In this document: positions 1 through 11,700 of the stretch, one piece after another
Layout of the letters: the number at the start of each line of letters is the position of its first letter
Position numbering within the stretch: the stretch's first letter is position 1
NCBI GenBank assembly: GCA_963821745.1
Contig: CAWGEU010000001.1
Coordinates: forward strand, 920,305-984,304
DNA from: an uncultured Pseudomonadota bacterium
Lineage (GTDB): Bacteria > Pseudomonadota > Gammaproteobacteria > Steroidobacterales > Steroidobacteraceae
Reading direction: 5' to 3'
DNA: 64,000 nt
Made by a program: the position numbers and the translations under genes
Notes under the pieces: model-generated
Told to the model about the DNA's origin: nothing
Seen by the model: only the letters and a program-made list of their open reading frames with translations
Database searches by the model: none

Positions 1-918
1 GCAGCATCGACGGCGATCCCGTCCTCGACCAGGTCGACGCTTCGCTCGGGTTGTTAGACGCGGTCAGCGACGATGGCGAAGCCGTCATGGTGGTGCGCAA
101 TCGCACCGGCGCGGAGCGCACGTGTCACGCTCGCGATCTCGGATCCCGCGCTTCGCCACAAGCTCACCGAGCCGTACCAGCTCTATCTGCGGACTCGGAT
201 TCGAATACTGGACGCCGTCGCTTCCGGCGGTGCTCGGTGCGGTCGAGCCGGGCGGCCCCGCGGCAAAGGCCGGGCTCATGGTGGACGACGAGGTCAAGCA
301 AGTGGACGGCACGGCGGTCCGCAACTTCAGCGAGTTTCGCGACTACGTGCGCGCGCGTCCCGGGCAGGAAATCGTCGTCACCGTGCAGCGCGCCGGCAGC
401 GAGCTGACGCGCCGCGTGACCGTCGCCAGCGAGACCGATGGCGGCCAGACGATCGGGCGCCTGCGCATCGGTCCCCGAGGACCTCAGCGTTCCCTATCCA
501 CCGGAAATGCGCACGCACACGCCGGTCGGTCCGCTGAGCGCGCTGTCCTATTCGATCAGCAAGGCCTGGCAGATGACGGCGGTGCAGGCGAAGTTCTTCG
601 TGCGCATGCTCACCGGCGATGTGTCGTGGAAGAACACCTCGGGCTTCATCGGCATCGCGACTATCGGTGGGCGAAGCCGCGCATGCGGGCCTCTTCAGCT
701 TCCTGATGATGCTGGTGCTGCTGTCGCTGTCGCTGGGCTTCCTCAACCTGCTGCCCATTCCGATCCTCGACGGCGGACAGATCGTGTTCCAGCTCGTCGA
801 GTGGGTGAAAGGGCGCCCGCTGTCCGACCGCGCCTACCTGGTCGGCCAGCAGGCCGGGCTGCTGCTGCTGGTGCTGCTCATGGGCGTGGCCTTGTTCAAC
901 GACTTGTCGACATCTTGA
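1..918 (+). CDS. rseP: RIP zinc metalloprotease RseP, C-terminal ~300 codons (5' end lies outside the window). Frame changes near 120, 190, 480 and 650.
   Basis: PDZ-type peptide PAVLGAVEPGGPAAKAGL...VTVQRAG (ORF 122..706). This is followed by KAWQMTAVQAKFFVRMLTG..SGFIGIA (ORF 438..950) and the C-terminal LGFLNLLPIPILDGGQIV motif (ORF 619..918). It sits directly upstream of bamA-skp-lpxD. Confidence 0.8.
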
Positions 919-951
919 ATCTACTAAAAACGAATTCTCCAGGGGACTGAT

Positions 952-3389
952 TTGACCATACGGTTCGCGACTCTTTGTGCCGCCAGCGGGATCTTGCTGG
1001 CAGCCCCCTTGCGTGCCCAGGAAGGGCCGGCGTTCACCGTCGGCGACATCCGCGTCGAAGGTCTGCAGCGCGTCACCGAAGGCACGGTCTACAACTATCT
1101 ACCGATCAACATCGGCGACAACCTGTCGACGCAGCGCATCCGCGAGGCGGTGCGCGCGCTGTACGACACCGGCTTTTTCCGCGACGTGGAATTGCGCCGC
1201 GACGGCAGCACGCTGATCGTGGTGGTCAACGAGCGCCCGACCATCGAGAGCTTCGAGCTCAAGGGCAACAAGGACATCAAGACCGAAGATCTCGGCAAGT
1301 CGCTGCGCAACGTCGGCCTCGCGCAGGGCAAGACGTTCGACCGCTCGGTGCTCGAGGACGTGAAGTCGTTCCTGCAGGACCAGTACGGCGCGCGCGGCAA
1401 GTACGCGGCGCGCATCGACGCGCAGGTCGAGGAAGTCGCCGGCAACCGGGTCAAGATCAAGATCGATATCGTCGAAGGCAAGCGGGCCAAGATCCGGCAG
1501 ATCAACATCGTCGGCAATGAGACGTTCACGGAAAAGGACATCCTCGAGGCGTTCGAGCTCAAGACGCCCAACCTGCTGTCGTTCTACAAGCAGGACGACC
1601 GCTATTCGCGCGAGTCGCTGCAGGGCGACCTCGAAAAGCTGCGCTCGTTCTACATGGATCGCGGCTACGCGAACTTCGAGGTGGAATCCACGCAGGTCGC
1701 CATCGCGCCGGAGAAGGACGACATCTTCATCACGGTGAACGTCAGCGAAGGCGAGGTCCACAAGATCAAGGAAGTGAAGCTCGCCGGCACCTTCGTGGTG
1801 CCCGAGCCGCTGCTGCGCCGCTATCTGCTGGTGCAGCCGGGCGATACGTTCTCGCGCAAGACCATCACCACGACCCAGGAGCTGCTGCAGAACCGCCTGG
1901 GTGAAGACGGTTTCGCGTTCGCCAAGGTCGATCCGGTGCCCACCACCATCGGCGATCCGGCTAACAAGGAACTGTCGCTCACGTTCTTCGTCGATCCGGG
2001 CAACCGCGTGTACGTGCGCCACATCGCGTTCAACGGCGTCGACCAAGATCAACGACGAAGTGCTTCGCCGCGAGATGCGCCAGCTCGAGGGCGGCTGGCT
2101 GTCGAACGCCGCGCTCGACCGTTCGAAGCAGCGTCTCGAACGCCTGCCGTACATCAAGAAGGTCGAGTCCGAGACCAAGCCGGTGGCCGGTTCCACCGAC
2201 CTGGTCGACGTCACCTACGAAATCGAAGAGGGTCCTTCCGCGCAGCTCGGCGGTGGTATCGGCTATTCGGAGTCGCAGTCGTTCATCCTCAGCGGCAACT
2301 ACGCCGATGCGAATTTCCTCGGCACCGGACGCCGTGTGTCGATCGACCTCAATTCCGGCAAGTACAGCAAGGTGTACGGCGTCTCGATGACCGAGCCTTA
2401 CTTCACGGCCGACGGCGTGGGCCTGACCGGCAACGTCACCTATCGCGACCAGACTCAGTTCGTGTCTTCATCTTCCGACTTCTCGTCGGAGACGATCGGC
2501 GCCGGTTTCGACATCGGATATCCGATCGGCGAAAACCAGGGCCTTCGCATGGGCCTGCAGTTCCAGAAGTCGAGCCTGCTCACGAGCGTCGGCAGCAGCG
2601 CGCGCCAGGCCATCGAATGGGTGGCGCTAGAACGGCGATTCCTACTCGGAGTGCATCGACTACGACCCCAGGATCCCGACCTGCGATGTTCGCCTCGTAG
2701 GAACCGAGTACAACACCGTCGAGTTCACCACATCGTGGAACTACGACAGCCGCAATCGTTCGTTGTTTGCCGATCGCGGCATGCGGCACTCGTTCGGCCT
2801 GGCTTATGCCCTTCCGGGTATCAGCGACGTTCAGTACTACGTCGCGAGCTACGACTTCATCAAGTACATCCCGCTGTTTGGCCGGTTCACTCTGCAGCTC
2901 GGTGCCGATCTCGCCTACGGCATCGACGTCGGCGACACCACGGCGCTGCCTCCCTATCGGCAGTTCTACGGCGGGGGACCCGAGACGGTGCGCGGCTATA
3001 AAGAGAGTCGCCTGGGACCCAAGGACGATTTCGGCCGTCCGTTCGGCGGCAACATGAAGGTCACGGGCCGGGCGGAGGTCATCATCCCGCTGCCGCAGAA
3101 ATTCCAGTCGTCGGCTCGCCTCTCGTGGTTCTACGACTTGGGCAACATCTTCTCGACGGGCAATCGCTACACTTTCTACGGACCTCTCGGTGCGTTCGGT
3201 CCGCCGGTCGATTACTCGTTCAAGTATGATAAATTGAAGCACTCGACAGGCGTTGCCGTTCAATGGCTTGCGCCGCTGGGAGTGTTCCGTTTCAGCTATG
3301 CCTTGCCCCTGAATGCATACAAGGGCGACATATATCTCTACGAAGACGAAGTAGAGCGCTTCCAGTTCTCGGTTGGCCAGGCTTTCTAA
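952..3389 (+). CDS. bamA: Outer-membrane protein assembly factor BamA. Frame changes near 2040 and 2628.
   Basis: Signal peptide plus POTRA region (FTVGDIRVEGLQRVTEGTVYNYLPI, ORF 952..2700). It continues in ORF 1901..3001 (INDEVLRREMRQLEGGWLS..GGGIGYSESQSF). The barrel C-terminus is in ORF 2763..3389 and ends RFQFSVGQAF. The 2.44-kb span fits an ~810-aa BamA. Confidence 0.9.
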
Positions 3390-3420
3390 GAGGCCAGTAC
3401 TTTTTTAAGAGGTAAGTTCA

Positions 3421-3984
3421 GTGCAGGTTTCCTTCCGCAAAGTTCTCTTGGGTTCGCTGATCGCGGCGACGTTCTCCTTGCCCGTTGCCGCCGAGATCAA
3501 GGTCGGTGTCGTGGACATCGCCAAGCTGTTCGAAGATTCGCCGCAGGCGAAGGTCGTCCAGGAAAATCTGCGCGCCGAATTCGGACCGCGTCTTCAGCAG
3601 CTCGTCGCCCAGGAGCAGGCGCTGAAAACTCGTAACGAGAAATACCAGAAAGACCTGGCGACGATGGCCGCCGACCAGCGCACCAAGGCGGAAAAGGATT
3701 TGCGTGACAGCGCTCGCGAGATCGAGCGCAAGAAGGCCGAGCTGCAGGACGATTCGAACGCCAAGCGCCAGGAAGAGATGAACAAGCTCCAGCGCCTGTT
3801 GTTCGGTGAAGTCCGCGAATACGCCAAGGCGCAGAGCTTCGACATCGTGATCGCCGAAGGCGTCATCTACGCCACGCCCACCGTCGACATCACGGCCGCG
3901 GTTCTCCAGGGCCTGCAGGCGCGTGCGCCGAAGCCGGCTGCGGGTGCAGCTCCCGCGCCCGCGAAGCCGCCCGCGAAGCCGTAA
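3421..3984 (+). CDS. skp: Periplasmic chaperone Skp (OmpH family)
   Basis: Intact 187-aa ORF with GTG start and signal peptide, then a K/E/Q-rich coiled-coil body (IKVGVVDIAKLFEDSPQAK...). Canonical position between bamA and lpxD. Confidence 0.85.
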   Translation: MQVSFRKVLLGSLIAATFSLPVAAEIKVGVVDIAKLFEDSPQAKVVQENLRAEFGPRLQQLVAQEQALKTRNEKYQKDLATMAADQRTKAEKDLRDSAREIERKKAELQDDSNAKRQEEMNKLQRLLFGEVREYAKAQSFDIVIAEGVIYATPTVDITAAVLQGLQARAPKPAAGAAPAPAKPPAKP

Positions 3985-4020
3985 GCGGCACTCGCTCAGG
4001 GCGCCCTCGAGCCGGCCGCC

Positions 4021-5068
4021 ATGACAATGACGCTCGGCGAACTCGCGGTCCGATTCGGCTGCGAACTGCGCGGTGACCCGGCGGCGACGGTGGACTCCGT
4101 CGCCGCGTTGTCGCAGGCCGAGCCCCGGTCGATCACCTTCCTCGCCAATTCCAAGTACGTCGCGCAGCTCGCGGGCACGCGCGCGGGCGCCGTCATCCTC
4201 GATGCGAAATCTGCGCCGGACTCCCCGGTGCCCGTGCTCATCGCTGCTCAACCCACACGCGACCTACGCTCGGGTCGCCACGCTGCTCCATCCGGATCCG
4301 CCCCTGAACCCGGGTGTCCATCCGGCGGCGTCGGTTGCGGCCGGTGCCGCCATCGATCCGTCGGCGGAGATCGCGGCACAGGCATACGTCGGCGAAGGCG
4401 CGCGGATCGGTGCGCGTTGTTTCATCGGTCCCGGCACCGTCATCGGGCGTGGTGCCGTGATTGGCGACGATTCGCGCTTCGTGGCTCGCGTGTTCGTCGG
4501 CCACCATGTCGTCTTCGGACGGCGATGCATCGTGCAGCCAGGCGCGGTGATCGGCGGCGACGGGTTCGGGTACGCTTCCGAAAAGCGCACCTGGATCAAG
4601 GTGCCGCAGATCGGTGGCGTGAACATCGGCGATGACGTCGAAATCGGCGCCAACACCACCATCGATCGTGGCGCACTCGGTGATACCGTCATCGAAGAGG
4701 GCGTGAAGATCGACAACCTCATCATGATCGCGCACAACGTGCGCATCGGCGCTCATTCGGCGCTGGCCGCATGCGTGGCCATCGCCGGCAGCAGCGTGCT
4801 CGGCAAGCGCTGCGTGCTCGGCGGCAAAGTCGGTCTCGTGGGCCATATCTCGCTGTGCGATGACGTGGTCGTGCTGGGAACGTCATTCATCTCGCACTCC
4901 ATCGACAAGCCGGGCGTGTATTCTTCCGCGCTCCCGAGCGAGGAAGCGGGTACGTGGCGGCGCATCGTCGCCCGCATCAAGCGGCTCGACGCGATGGCCA
5001 AACGGCTGCGCGCCGTAGAGAAGCACGTGGGCTTCAGCGCCGTGGACAAGGATTCTTCCGAGGACTAA
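4021..5068 (+). CDS. lpxD: UDP-3-O-acylglucosamine N-acyltransferase LpxD. Frame change near 4245.
   Basis: N-terminus [30 protein letters not shown] (ORF 4021..4635). The hexapeptide-repeat body [35 protein letters not shown]... follows in ORF 4073..5068. Synteny is skp-lpxD-fabZ. Confidence 0.9.
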
Positions 5069-5073
5069 CTAAA

Positions 5074-5553
5074 ATGAGCGAGTCGATTTCACTCGACCAC
5101 ATGGGCGTCAGGCGGTTGTTGCCGCACCGCTATCCATTTCTGCTCGTCGACCGCGTGCTTTCGTGTGTCAAGGGCGAGAGCATCAGGGCGATCAAGAACG
5201 TCACCGCCAATGAGCCGTTTTTCGTCGGGCATTTCCCGCACCGGCCGGTGATGCCGGGCGTCATGATCATCGAGGCCCTGGCGCAGACCGCCGGTCTGCT
5301 GGCGTTCATCACCGCTGACGTCGTACCGGACGATTCCACGAGATTCTTTTTCGTCGGTATCGACAAGGCGCGTTTCCGCAAGCCGGTCGAGCCCGGCGAT
5401 ACGCTCATCCTCACCGCGAAGCTCGAGCGCTCGATGCGTGGCATCTGGAAGTTCACCACCGTGGCGTACGTGGGTGACGATGAGGTAACTTCCGCAGAAC
5501 TTATGGTCGCGCCTGAAACCAACAAGACTTCGGCAAAGGCACCGCCGGCGTGA
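5074..5553 (+). CDS. fabZ: 3-hydroxyacyl-ACP dehydratase FabZ
   Basis: LLPHRYPFLLVDRV and FFVGHFPHRPVMPGVMIIEALAQ signatures. ATG at 5074 inside ORF 4954..5553. Confidence 0.93.
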   Translation: MSESISLDHMGVRRLLPHRYPFLLVDRVLSCVKGESIRAIKNVTANEPFFVGHFPHRPVMPGVMIIEALAQTAGLLAFITADVVPDDSTRFFFVGIDKARFRKPVEPGDTLILTAKLERSMRGIWKFTTVAYVGDDEVTSAELMVAPETNKTSAKAPPA

Positions 5554-6326
5554 GCGGCATCGATCCCCGCGCCATCGTTTCTCCTAAGGCCGAGCTCGCG
5601 AGCGACGTCACGGTGGGTCCTTACACCGTCATCGGGGACGGCGTGATCATCGGCGCGGGCACGTGGATAGGTCCGCACGCGGTCGTCAACGGGCCCACCA
5701 CCATCGGCGCGGACAACAAGATCTTCCAGTTCGCATCCATCGGTGATGCACCGCAGGACCTCAAGTACAAGGGCGAACCCACGCGTCTGGAAATCGGCGA
5801 TCGCAATGTGTTTCGCGAATTCACGACCATGAACCGTGGCACCGCGCAGGGCGGTGGCCTCACCACCATCGGCAGCGACAACCTCTTCATGGCTTTCACC
5901 CATGTCGCGCACGACTGCCGCGTGGGCAACAAGTGCGTGATGGCCAACTACGCCACGCTGGCCGGCCATGTGGTGCTCGGCGACTGGGTCATCATGGGCG
6001 GCTACGCGGGCACTCACCAGTTCACCAAGGTCGGCGCGCATGCCTTCCTCGGCAACAATTCCGCGGCGACGCGTGATGTGCCGCCGTACGTCATGGCCGT
6101 CGGCACACCCGCGGTGCCGCATTCGATCAACTCGGAAGGGTTGAAGCGCCGTGGCTTCACGCCCGAGCAGATCCGCAATCTCAAGAACGCCTATCGCGTC
6201 CTCTATCGCTCGGACCTCAAACTGGCCGACGCGGTGGCCGAGCTTCAGTCGCGCGTGGCCACGCAGCCGGAACTGAAGATCTTCGTCGATTTCATCGGCG
6301 AGTCCACGCGCAGCCTCGTGCGCTAG
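5550..6326 (+). CDS. lpxA: Acyl-ACP--UDP-GlcNAc O-acyltransferase LpxA
   Basis: Intact 258-aa hexapeptide-repeat protein. The GTG start overlaps the fabZ stop (GTGA). Synteny is fabZ-lpxA-lpxB. Confidence 0.93.
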   Translation: MSGIDPRAIVSPKAELASDVTVGPYTVIGDGVIIGAGTWIGPHAVVNGPTTIGADNKIFQFASIGDAPQDLKYKGEPTRLEIGDRNVFREFTTMNRGTAQGGGLTTIGSDNLFMAFTHVAHDCRVGNKCVMANYATLAGHVVLGDWVIMGGYAGTHQFTKVGAHAFLGNNSAATRDVPPYVMAVGTPAVPHSINSEGLKRRGFTPEQIRNLKNAYRVLYRSDLKLADAVAELQSRVATQPELKIFVDFIGESTRSLVR

Positions 6327-6337
6327 GCAGCTCGCCA

Positions 6338-7494
6338 TTGCGCATCGCACTGGTCGCGGGCGAAACATCCGGTGATGCGCTCGGTGCCGCCCTCATCGAG
6401 GCGTTGCGCCGCAGATTTCCCGACGCCGAATTTGCGGGAGTCGCCGGCCCCCGTATGAAGGCCGCCGGCTGCGTGGCCTGGCATGGGATCGAAGAGCTGG
6501 CGGTCATGGGACTGACCGAGGTGATCACGCACTTGCCGCGCCTCATGCGGTTGCGCGGCGCCCTGACCCGGCAGATTCTCGAGTGGCGGCCCGATGTGTT
6601 CATCGGCGTCGACTACAAGGAGTTCAACCTGGGGCTCGCGAAGAAACTCAAGCGCGCCGGGCTCACCACCGTGCAATACGTGAGCCCGCAGGTCTGGGCC
6701 TGGCGGCAGGGACGGGTGCGCACCATCGGTGCGGCCGTCGACCTCGTGCTCTGCCTGTTTCCGTTCGAACCCGATTTCTATCGTGAACATGGCGTCCGCG
6801 CTGCCTTCGTGGGTCACCCGCTCGCCGACCAGATTCCCATGGACGTGGATCGTGGCGCGGCGCGCGCCGAGCTCGGCACTCGATCCGGCGGCGCGCGTGC
6901 TCGCCGTGTTGCCCGGCAGCCGTCGTGGTGAGGTCGAAAAGCTCGCCGGCGTTTTCGCCGGCGCCGCGCAGTTGCTGGCGAAACGTTTCAATGGATTGGT
7001 CACCATTGCGCCGATGGTGACTCCCACGTTGCGTGAGCTGTTCGCCGCGCGTTGCGCCGAGTACGCGCCCGACGCGCACGTGCGTCTGCTCGACGGACAG
7101 GCACGCCGCGCGCTCGCGGCCGCTGACGTCGTGCTGGTGGCATCGGGCACGGCCACGCTCGAGACAGCGCTTGTCCAGGCGTCCGATGGTGGTGGCCTAC
7201 AGGCTGGGCGCGATCACCGCGTTCCTGTTGCGCACGCTCGGGCTCGTGAAGATCAGGCATTTCTCGCAGCCCAACCTGCTCGCCGGCAAGGAACTCGTGC
7301 CGGAATTTTTCCAGGAAGCGGCGAGCCCTGCGAATCTCGCGAATGCCTTGGCGCATTGGCTCGAACAACCTGCGGACGTGGCGCGAGTCCAGCAGGAATT
7401 CGCTGCCATCCATTCGCGCCTGCGGTGCGATGGCGCGGACCGCGCCGCGGCGGAAGTTGCCGAACTGCTCGAAACTCGCGCGGTGCCGGCATGA
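6338..7494 (+). CDS. lpxB: Lipid-A-disaccharide synthase LpxB. Frame changes near 6870 and 7180.
   Basis: [17 protein letters not shown]...[13 protein letters not shown] (ORF 6338..6931). Then [16 protein letters not shown]...[10 protein letters not shown] (ORF 6729..) and [10 protein letters not shown]...[13 protein letters not shown] (ORF 7033..7494). Confidence 0.88.
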
Positions 7495-8090
7495 AGCTGC
7501 GTGTGCGATTGCGCGTGGCGGGCGTCGACGAGGCCGGGCGCGGGCCGCTCGCAGGTCCAGTGGTTGCCGCCGCGGTGATCCTCAACCCGGCACGGCCCAT
7601 TCGCGGGCTGGCGGATTCGAAAGTCCTCGAGCCCGAGGAACGCGAAAGCCTCGCCATCCTCATCCGCGATCGGGCTCTGTGTTACGCGGTTGCCTGGGCG
7701 GACGCCGAAGAAATCGACAGCATCAACATCCTGCAGGCGACCATGCTGGCGATGCGCCGGGCTTTGTTAGGCCTCGCCGTGCCGCCACAGCAGGTGTTCG
7801 TCGACGGCAATCGCTGCCCGTGCGCCGACGGTCTCGGTTTCGAATGTCTGTTCGAGGCGGTGATCAAGGGAGACGCCTCGGTACCATCGATCAGCGCGGC
7901 ATCGATTCTCGCCAAGACCACGCGCGATGCGCTGATGCGCGATCTCGATCACCGCTATCCGGGTTTCTCGCTGTCCGGGCACAAGGGATATCCCACCCCG
8001 GCGCACGTCGCGGCGCTGAATGCCCTGGGGCCCAGTCCATTACATCGGCGAAGTTTCGCGCCGGTGCGCGCCGAGCTCGATCTCGAGTAG
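7491..8090 (+). CDS. rnhB: Ribonuclease HII
   Basis: [21 protein letters not shown] and SKVL..ERE motifs. The ATG at 7491 overlaps the lpxB stop (ATGA). Confidence 0.92.
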   Translation: MKLRVRLRVAGVDEAGRGPLAGPVVAAAVILNPARPIRGLADSKVLEPEERESLAILIRDRALCYAVAWADAEEIDSINILQATMLAMRRALLGLAVPPQQVFVDGNRCPCADGLGFECLFEAVIKGDASVPSISAASILAKTTRDALMRDLDHRYPGFSLSGHKGYPTPAHVAALNALGPSPLHRRSFAPVRAELDLE

Positions 8091-8109
8091 ATAGCGGCGG
8101 ATGCCGGGC

Positions 8110-8580
8110 TCAGAGCCTTGCAACGATCCGCTCCATCGGCGTGAGGACTTCCAGCAGCTGGTTGCGGGCAGCCAGCGGGACGTCCCGGGCGCGCATCGAC
8201 TCGCGCAGCGCTTCGATCAGGCCGAAGTACTCCATATCGCTGATGTCGTCGCTCGCGAACACTGCGAGCTTCGGCTCGCTGCTGCAGGGGCAGCCGCCGC
8301 CGGTGAAGGCGCAGATCTGTTCTACGAGCATGTCCTTCGCGTTCTGGAGGTTGACCTTGTCGAAGGGCCGGTTCGTCTGCGGATTCGCAACCACCTTGTC
8401 GATCGTGTCGGCAACGAAGGCAGTGACCGCCGGTGTTCCGCCAAGGCGCTCGTACAACGAGCCGGCTGGTGCGATCGCCGGCGGCCGCGCCAGCGTGGGC
8501 GTGCGCGCGAATGTGGCCATGGAAATTCCGGCCGCGAGCAGCGTGAATATGCCAGCGAGCCAGCGACTGCGATACGCCAT
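8110..8580 (-). CDS. Secreted truncated-hemoglobin-like (2-on-2 globin fold) protein that contains no histidine
   Basis: 156-aa ORF with a signal-like N-terminus MAYRSRWLAGIFTLLAAGISMATFA. It continues SLYERLGGTPAVTAFVADTIDKVV..NP, and the later I.D.EYFGLIEALRESM resembles the trHb family pattern. The assignment rests on remembered family patterns only. Confidence 0.55.
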   Translation of the reverse strand: MAYRSRWLAGIFTLLAAGISMATFARTPTLARPPAIAPAGSLYERLGGTPAVTAFVADTIDKVVANPQTNRPFDKVNLQNAKDMLVEQICAFTGGGCPCSSEPKLAVFASDDISDMEYFGLIEALRESMRARDVPLAARNQLLEVLTPMERIVARL

Positions 8581-8767
8581 GTGGGCGCCCTGGAATAAAA
8601 GCGAGGACGGAAGTATCGGCCGGCATGGAATGCAATCCGTTGAAACGATTCACAACTTCCCAGGGCGAGGAGTGTGATGGCCCTCCCAGCTTGGCCACGA
8701 AAAACGCCGCGAAGATTCTCGAGGTCTCCGGGGAGCGGAAGTACTAATCCCATCTCCTTGAATCCAT

Positions 8768-11700
8768 TTGCCAACAGCAATAACGCGCACGTTCGTGTGT
8801 AAACTCGCGCGCCATGCAGACGTCGCACACGCTTTCGTTCACCTCCGTCTGCACACCGAGTTCTCGCTGCAGGACAGCGTGGTGCGCATCCCGGAGCTGG
8901 TGGAGCGTGCCGCGCAGCTGGGCATGCCGGCGGTCGCGGTCACCGACCAGAACAACCTGTTCGCGATGGTGAAGTTCTATCGCGAAGCGTTGAAGCGTGG
9001 CGTCAAGCCCATCATCGGCGTGGACGTGCTGTTGCGTGCCGGCGAACGCGCCGCGCCAACCGGCTGACGCTGCTGTGCAAGGACCCGGGCGGCTACCAGA
9101 ACGTCGCCAATCTCGTCACGCGCGCCTGGCTCGAAGGCCAGGAACGCGGAGTGCCGCTGCTCGCGCGCGACTGGCTCGACGCGCGAGACTACCGCCGGGC
9201 TGATTGCGCTCTCGGGATCGCCGAAGGCGATGTCGGCCGCGCGATCGCCAACGGGCGCGAAGCCGACGCGCTCGTCGCTGGCGCGCGAGTGGCAGGAACT
9301 GTTCGGCGATCGGTACTACCTCGAGCTGCAGCGCCTCGGCCGCGCCGATGATGAACCGATGGTGGCCAAGACCGTGGCCCTGAGCCAGAAGACGGGCATC
9401 TCCGTCGTCGCCACCAACGACGTGCGCTTCCTCGCGCCCAGCGACTTCGAGTCGCACGAAGCGCGCGTCTGCATCTCCGATGGCGCGCAGCTGGCCGATC
9501 CGGCCCGGCAGCGCCGGTACACCGAGGCGCAGTACCTGCGTTCGCCCGAGGAAATGGCGCGAATTGTTTGCCGACATCCCCGAGGCGCTGCAGAACTCGT
9601 GGAGATCGCACGCCGCTGTTCGCTGCCGCTCAAGCTCGGCGAGTCGCGACTGCCTAACTATCCGCTGCCCGAAGGCATGACCGTCGAGGCGCACATCCGC
9701 GCGGAAGCCGAGCGCGGCTTCGCGGCGCGCGAGAAGGCGTTCGATGCAGCGCAGCGCGCGCGTATCGACGAGTACCGCGATCGCCTGCAACGCGAGCTCG
9801 GCGTCATCTGCCAGATGGGATTCGCCGGGCTACTTCCTCATCGTCGCGGACTTCATCCGCTGGGCGCGCGCCAACGGCGTGCCGGTGGGGCCGGGCCGCG
9901 GCTCGGGCGCCGGATCGCTGGTGGCGTACAGCCTCGGCATCACCGACATCGATCCGCTCAAGTACGACCTGCTGTTCGAGCGTTTCCTCAATCCGGAACG
10001 CGTGTCGATGCCCGACTTCGACATCGACTTCTGCATGGACGGGCGCGACCGCGTCATCGAATACGTCTCGCAGAAATACGGCCGCGAACGCGTTTCGCAG
10101 ATCATCACCTACGGCACCATGGCGGCGAAGGCCGTGGTGCGCGACGTGGGCCGCGTGCTCGGCATGGGCTACGGCTACGTCGACAAGATCGCCAAGCTCA
10201 TTCCGTTCGAGCTCGGCATCACGCTCGACGACGCGCTCGAAAAAGAGCCCGAGCTCAAGCGGCTCTACAAGGAAGACGAGGAGATCAAGAACCTCATCGA
10301 CCTCGCGCGCTCGCTCGAAGGCCTGACGCGCAACGCCGGCATGCACGCCGGTGGCGTGGTCATCGCGCCGTCGAAGCTGACGGAGTTCGCGCCGCTGTAC
10401 GCCGACGACAAGGGTGGCAGCGTGGTCACGCAGTTCGACAAGGACGACGTCGAAGCCGCGGGCCTCGTGAAGTTCGACTTCCTCGGGCTGCGCACGCTCA
10501 CCGTCATCGACCGCGCGGTGAAGATCATCAACGCGCGGCGCGCAGCGGCTGGCGAGGCGCTGCTCGACATCAGCCAGCTGCCGATGGACGACCAGGCGAC
10601 CTACGACCTCATGGCGGAGGCGAAGACCACCGCGGTGTTCCAGCTGGAATCCCGCGGCATGAAGGATCTGATCCGGCGCCTGAAGCCGGACCGGTTCGAA
10701 GACATCGTCGCGCTGGTGGCGCTCTTCCGCCCGGGCCCGCTCGAATCGGGCATGGTCGGCGACTTCATCGACCGCAAGCACAGCCGCAACGACCCGCACG
10801 CGCCGCCCATCGACTATCTACATCCCTCGCTGCAGCCGGTGCTCGCGCCGACTTACGGCGTGATCCTGTACCAGGAACAGGTGATGCAGATCGCGCAGGT
10901 GCTCGCCGGCTATACGCTCGGCGGCGCCGACCTGCTGCGCCGCGCGATGGGCAAGAAGAAGCCCGAGGAGATGGCCAAGCAGCGCAGCATCTTCGTCGAA
11001 CGGCTCGGTCAAGAACGACGTGCCCGAGGAGCAGGCGGCGTACATCTTCGACCTCATGGAGAAGTTCGCCGGCTACGGCTTCAACAAGTCGCACTCGGCG
11101 GCGTACGCGTTGCTGTCGTACCAGACCGGGTGGCTGAAGACGCACGAAGCCGCGTCGTACATGGCGGCGGTGCTGTCCGCCGACATGGACCACACCGACA
11201 AAGTGGTCGGCATGTTGTACGACTGCCGCAAGGAAGTCGGCCTCACGGTCCTGCCGCCGCATGTGAATCTGTCGTCCTACGAATTCGCGGTGGTCGATGA
11301 CAAGACCATTCGTTACGGCCTCGGCGCCATCAAGGGCGTGGGGCAGGGCGCGGTCGAGGCGATCGTCGGCGAGCGCAAGGCGCACGGGGATTACGCCAGC
11401 CTCGAAGATCTGTGCCGCCGACTCGATCTGTCGAAGATCAATCGGCGCGTGCTGGAGGCGCTGATCAAGTCCGGGCAGTCTCGACGGGCTCGCGGCGAAC
11501 CGCGCAACGCTCATGGGGCGCCTCGAGGCCGCGCTGGCGCTGGGTGAGCAGAACAGCAAGGCCAATGAGACCGGGCAGCACGACATCTTTGGTCTCTCCT
11601 CGGCGCACGTCCCGGAAGCGGTGCGGGCCACGGCGCCCGACCAGCCGGAGTGGACCGACAGCGTGCGCCTGCGCGCCGAGCGCGAGACGCTGGGGCGCGC

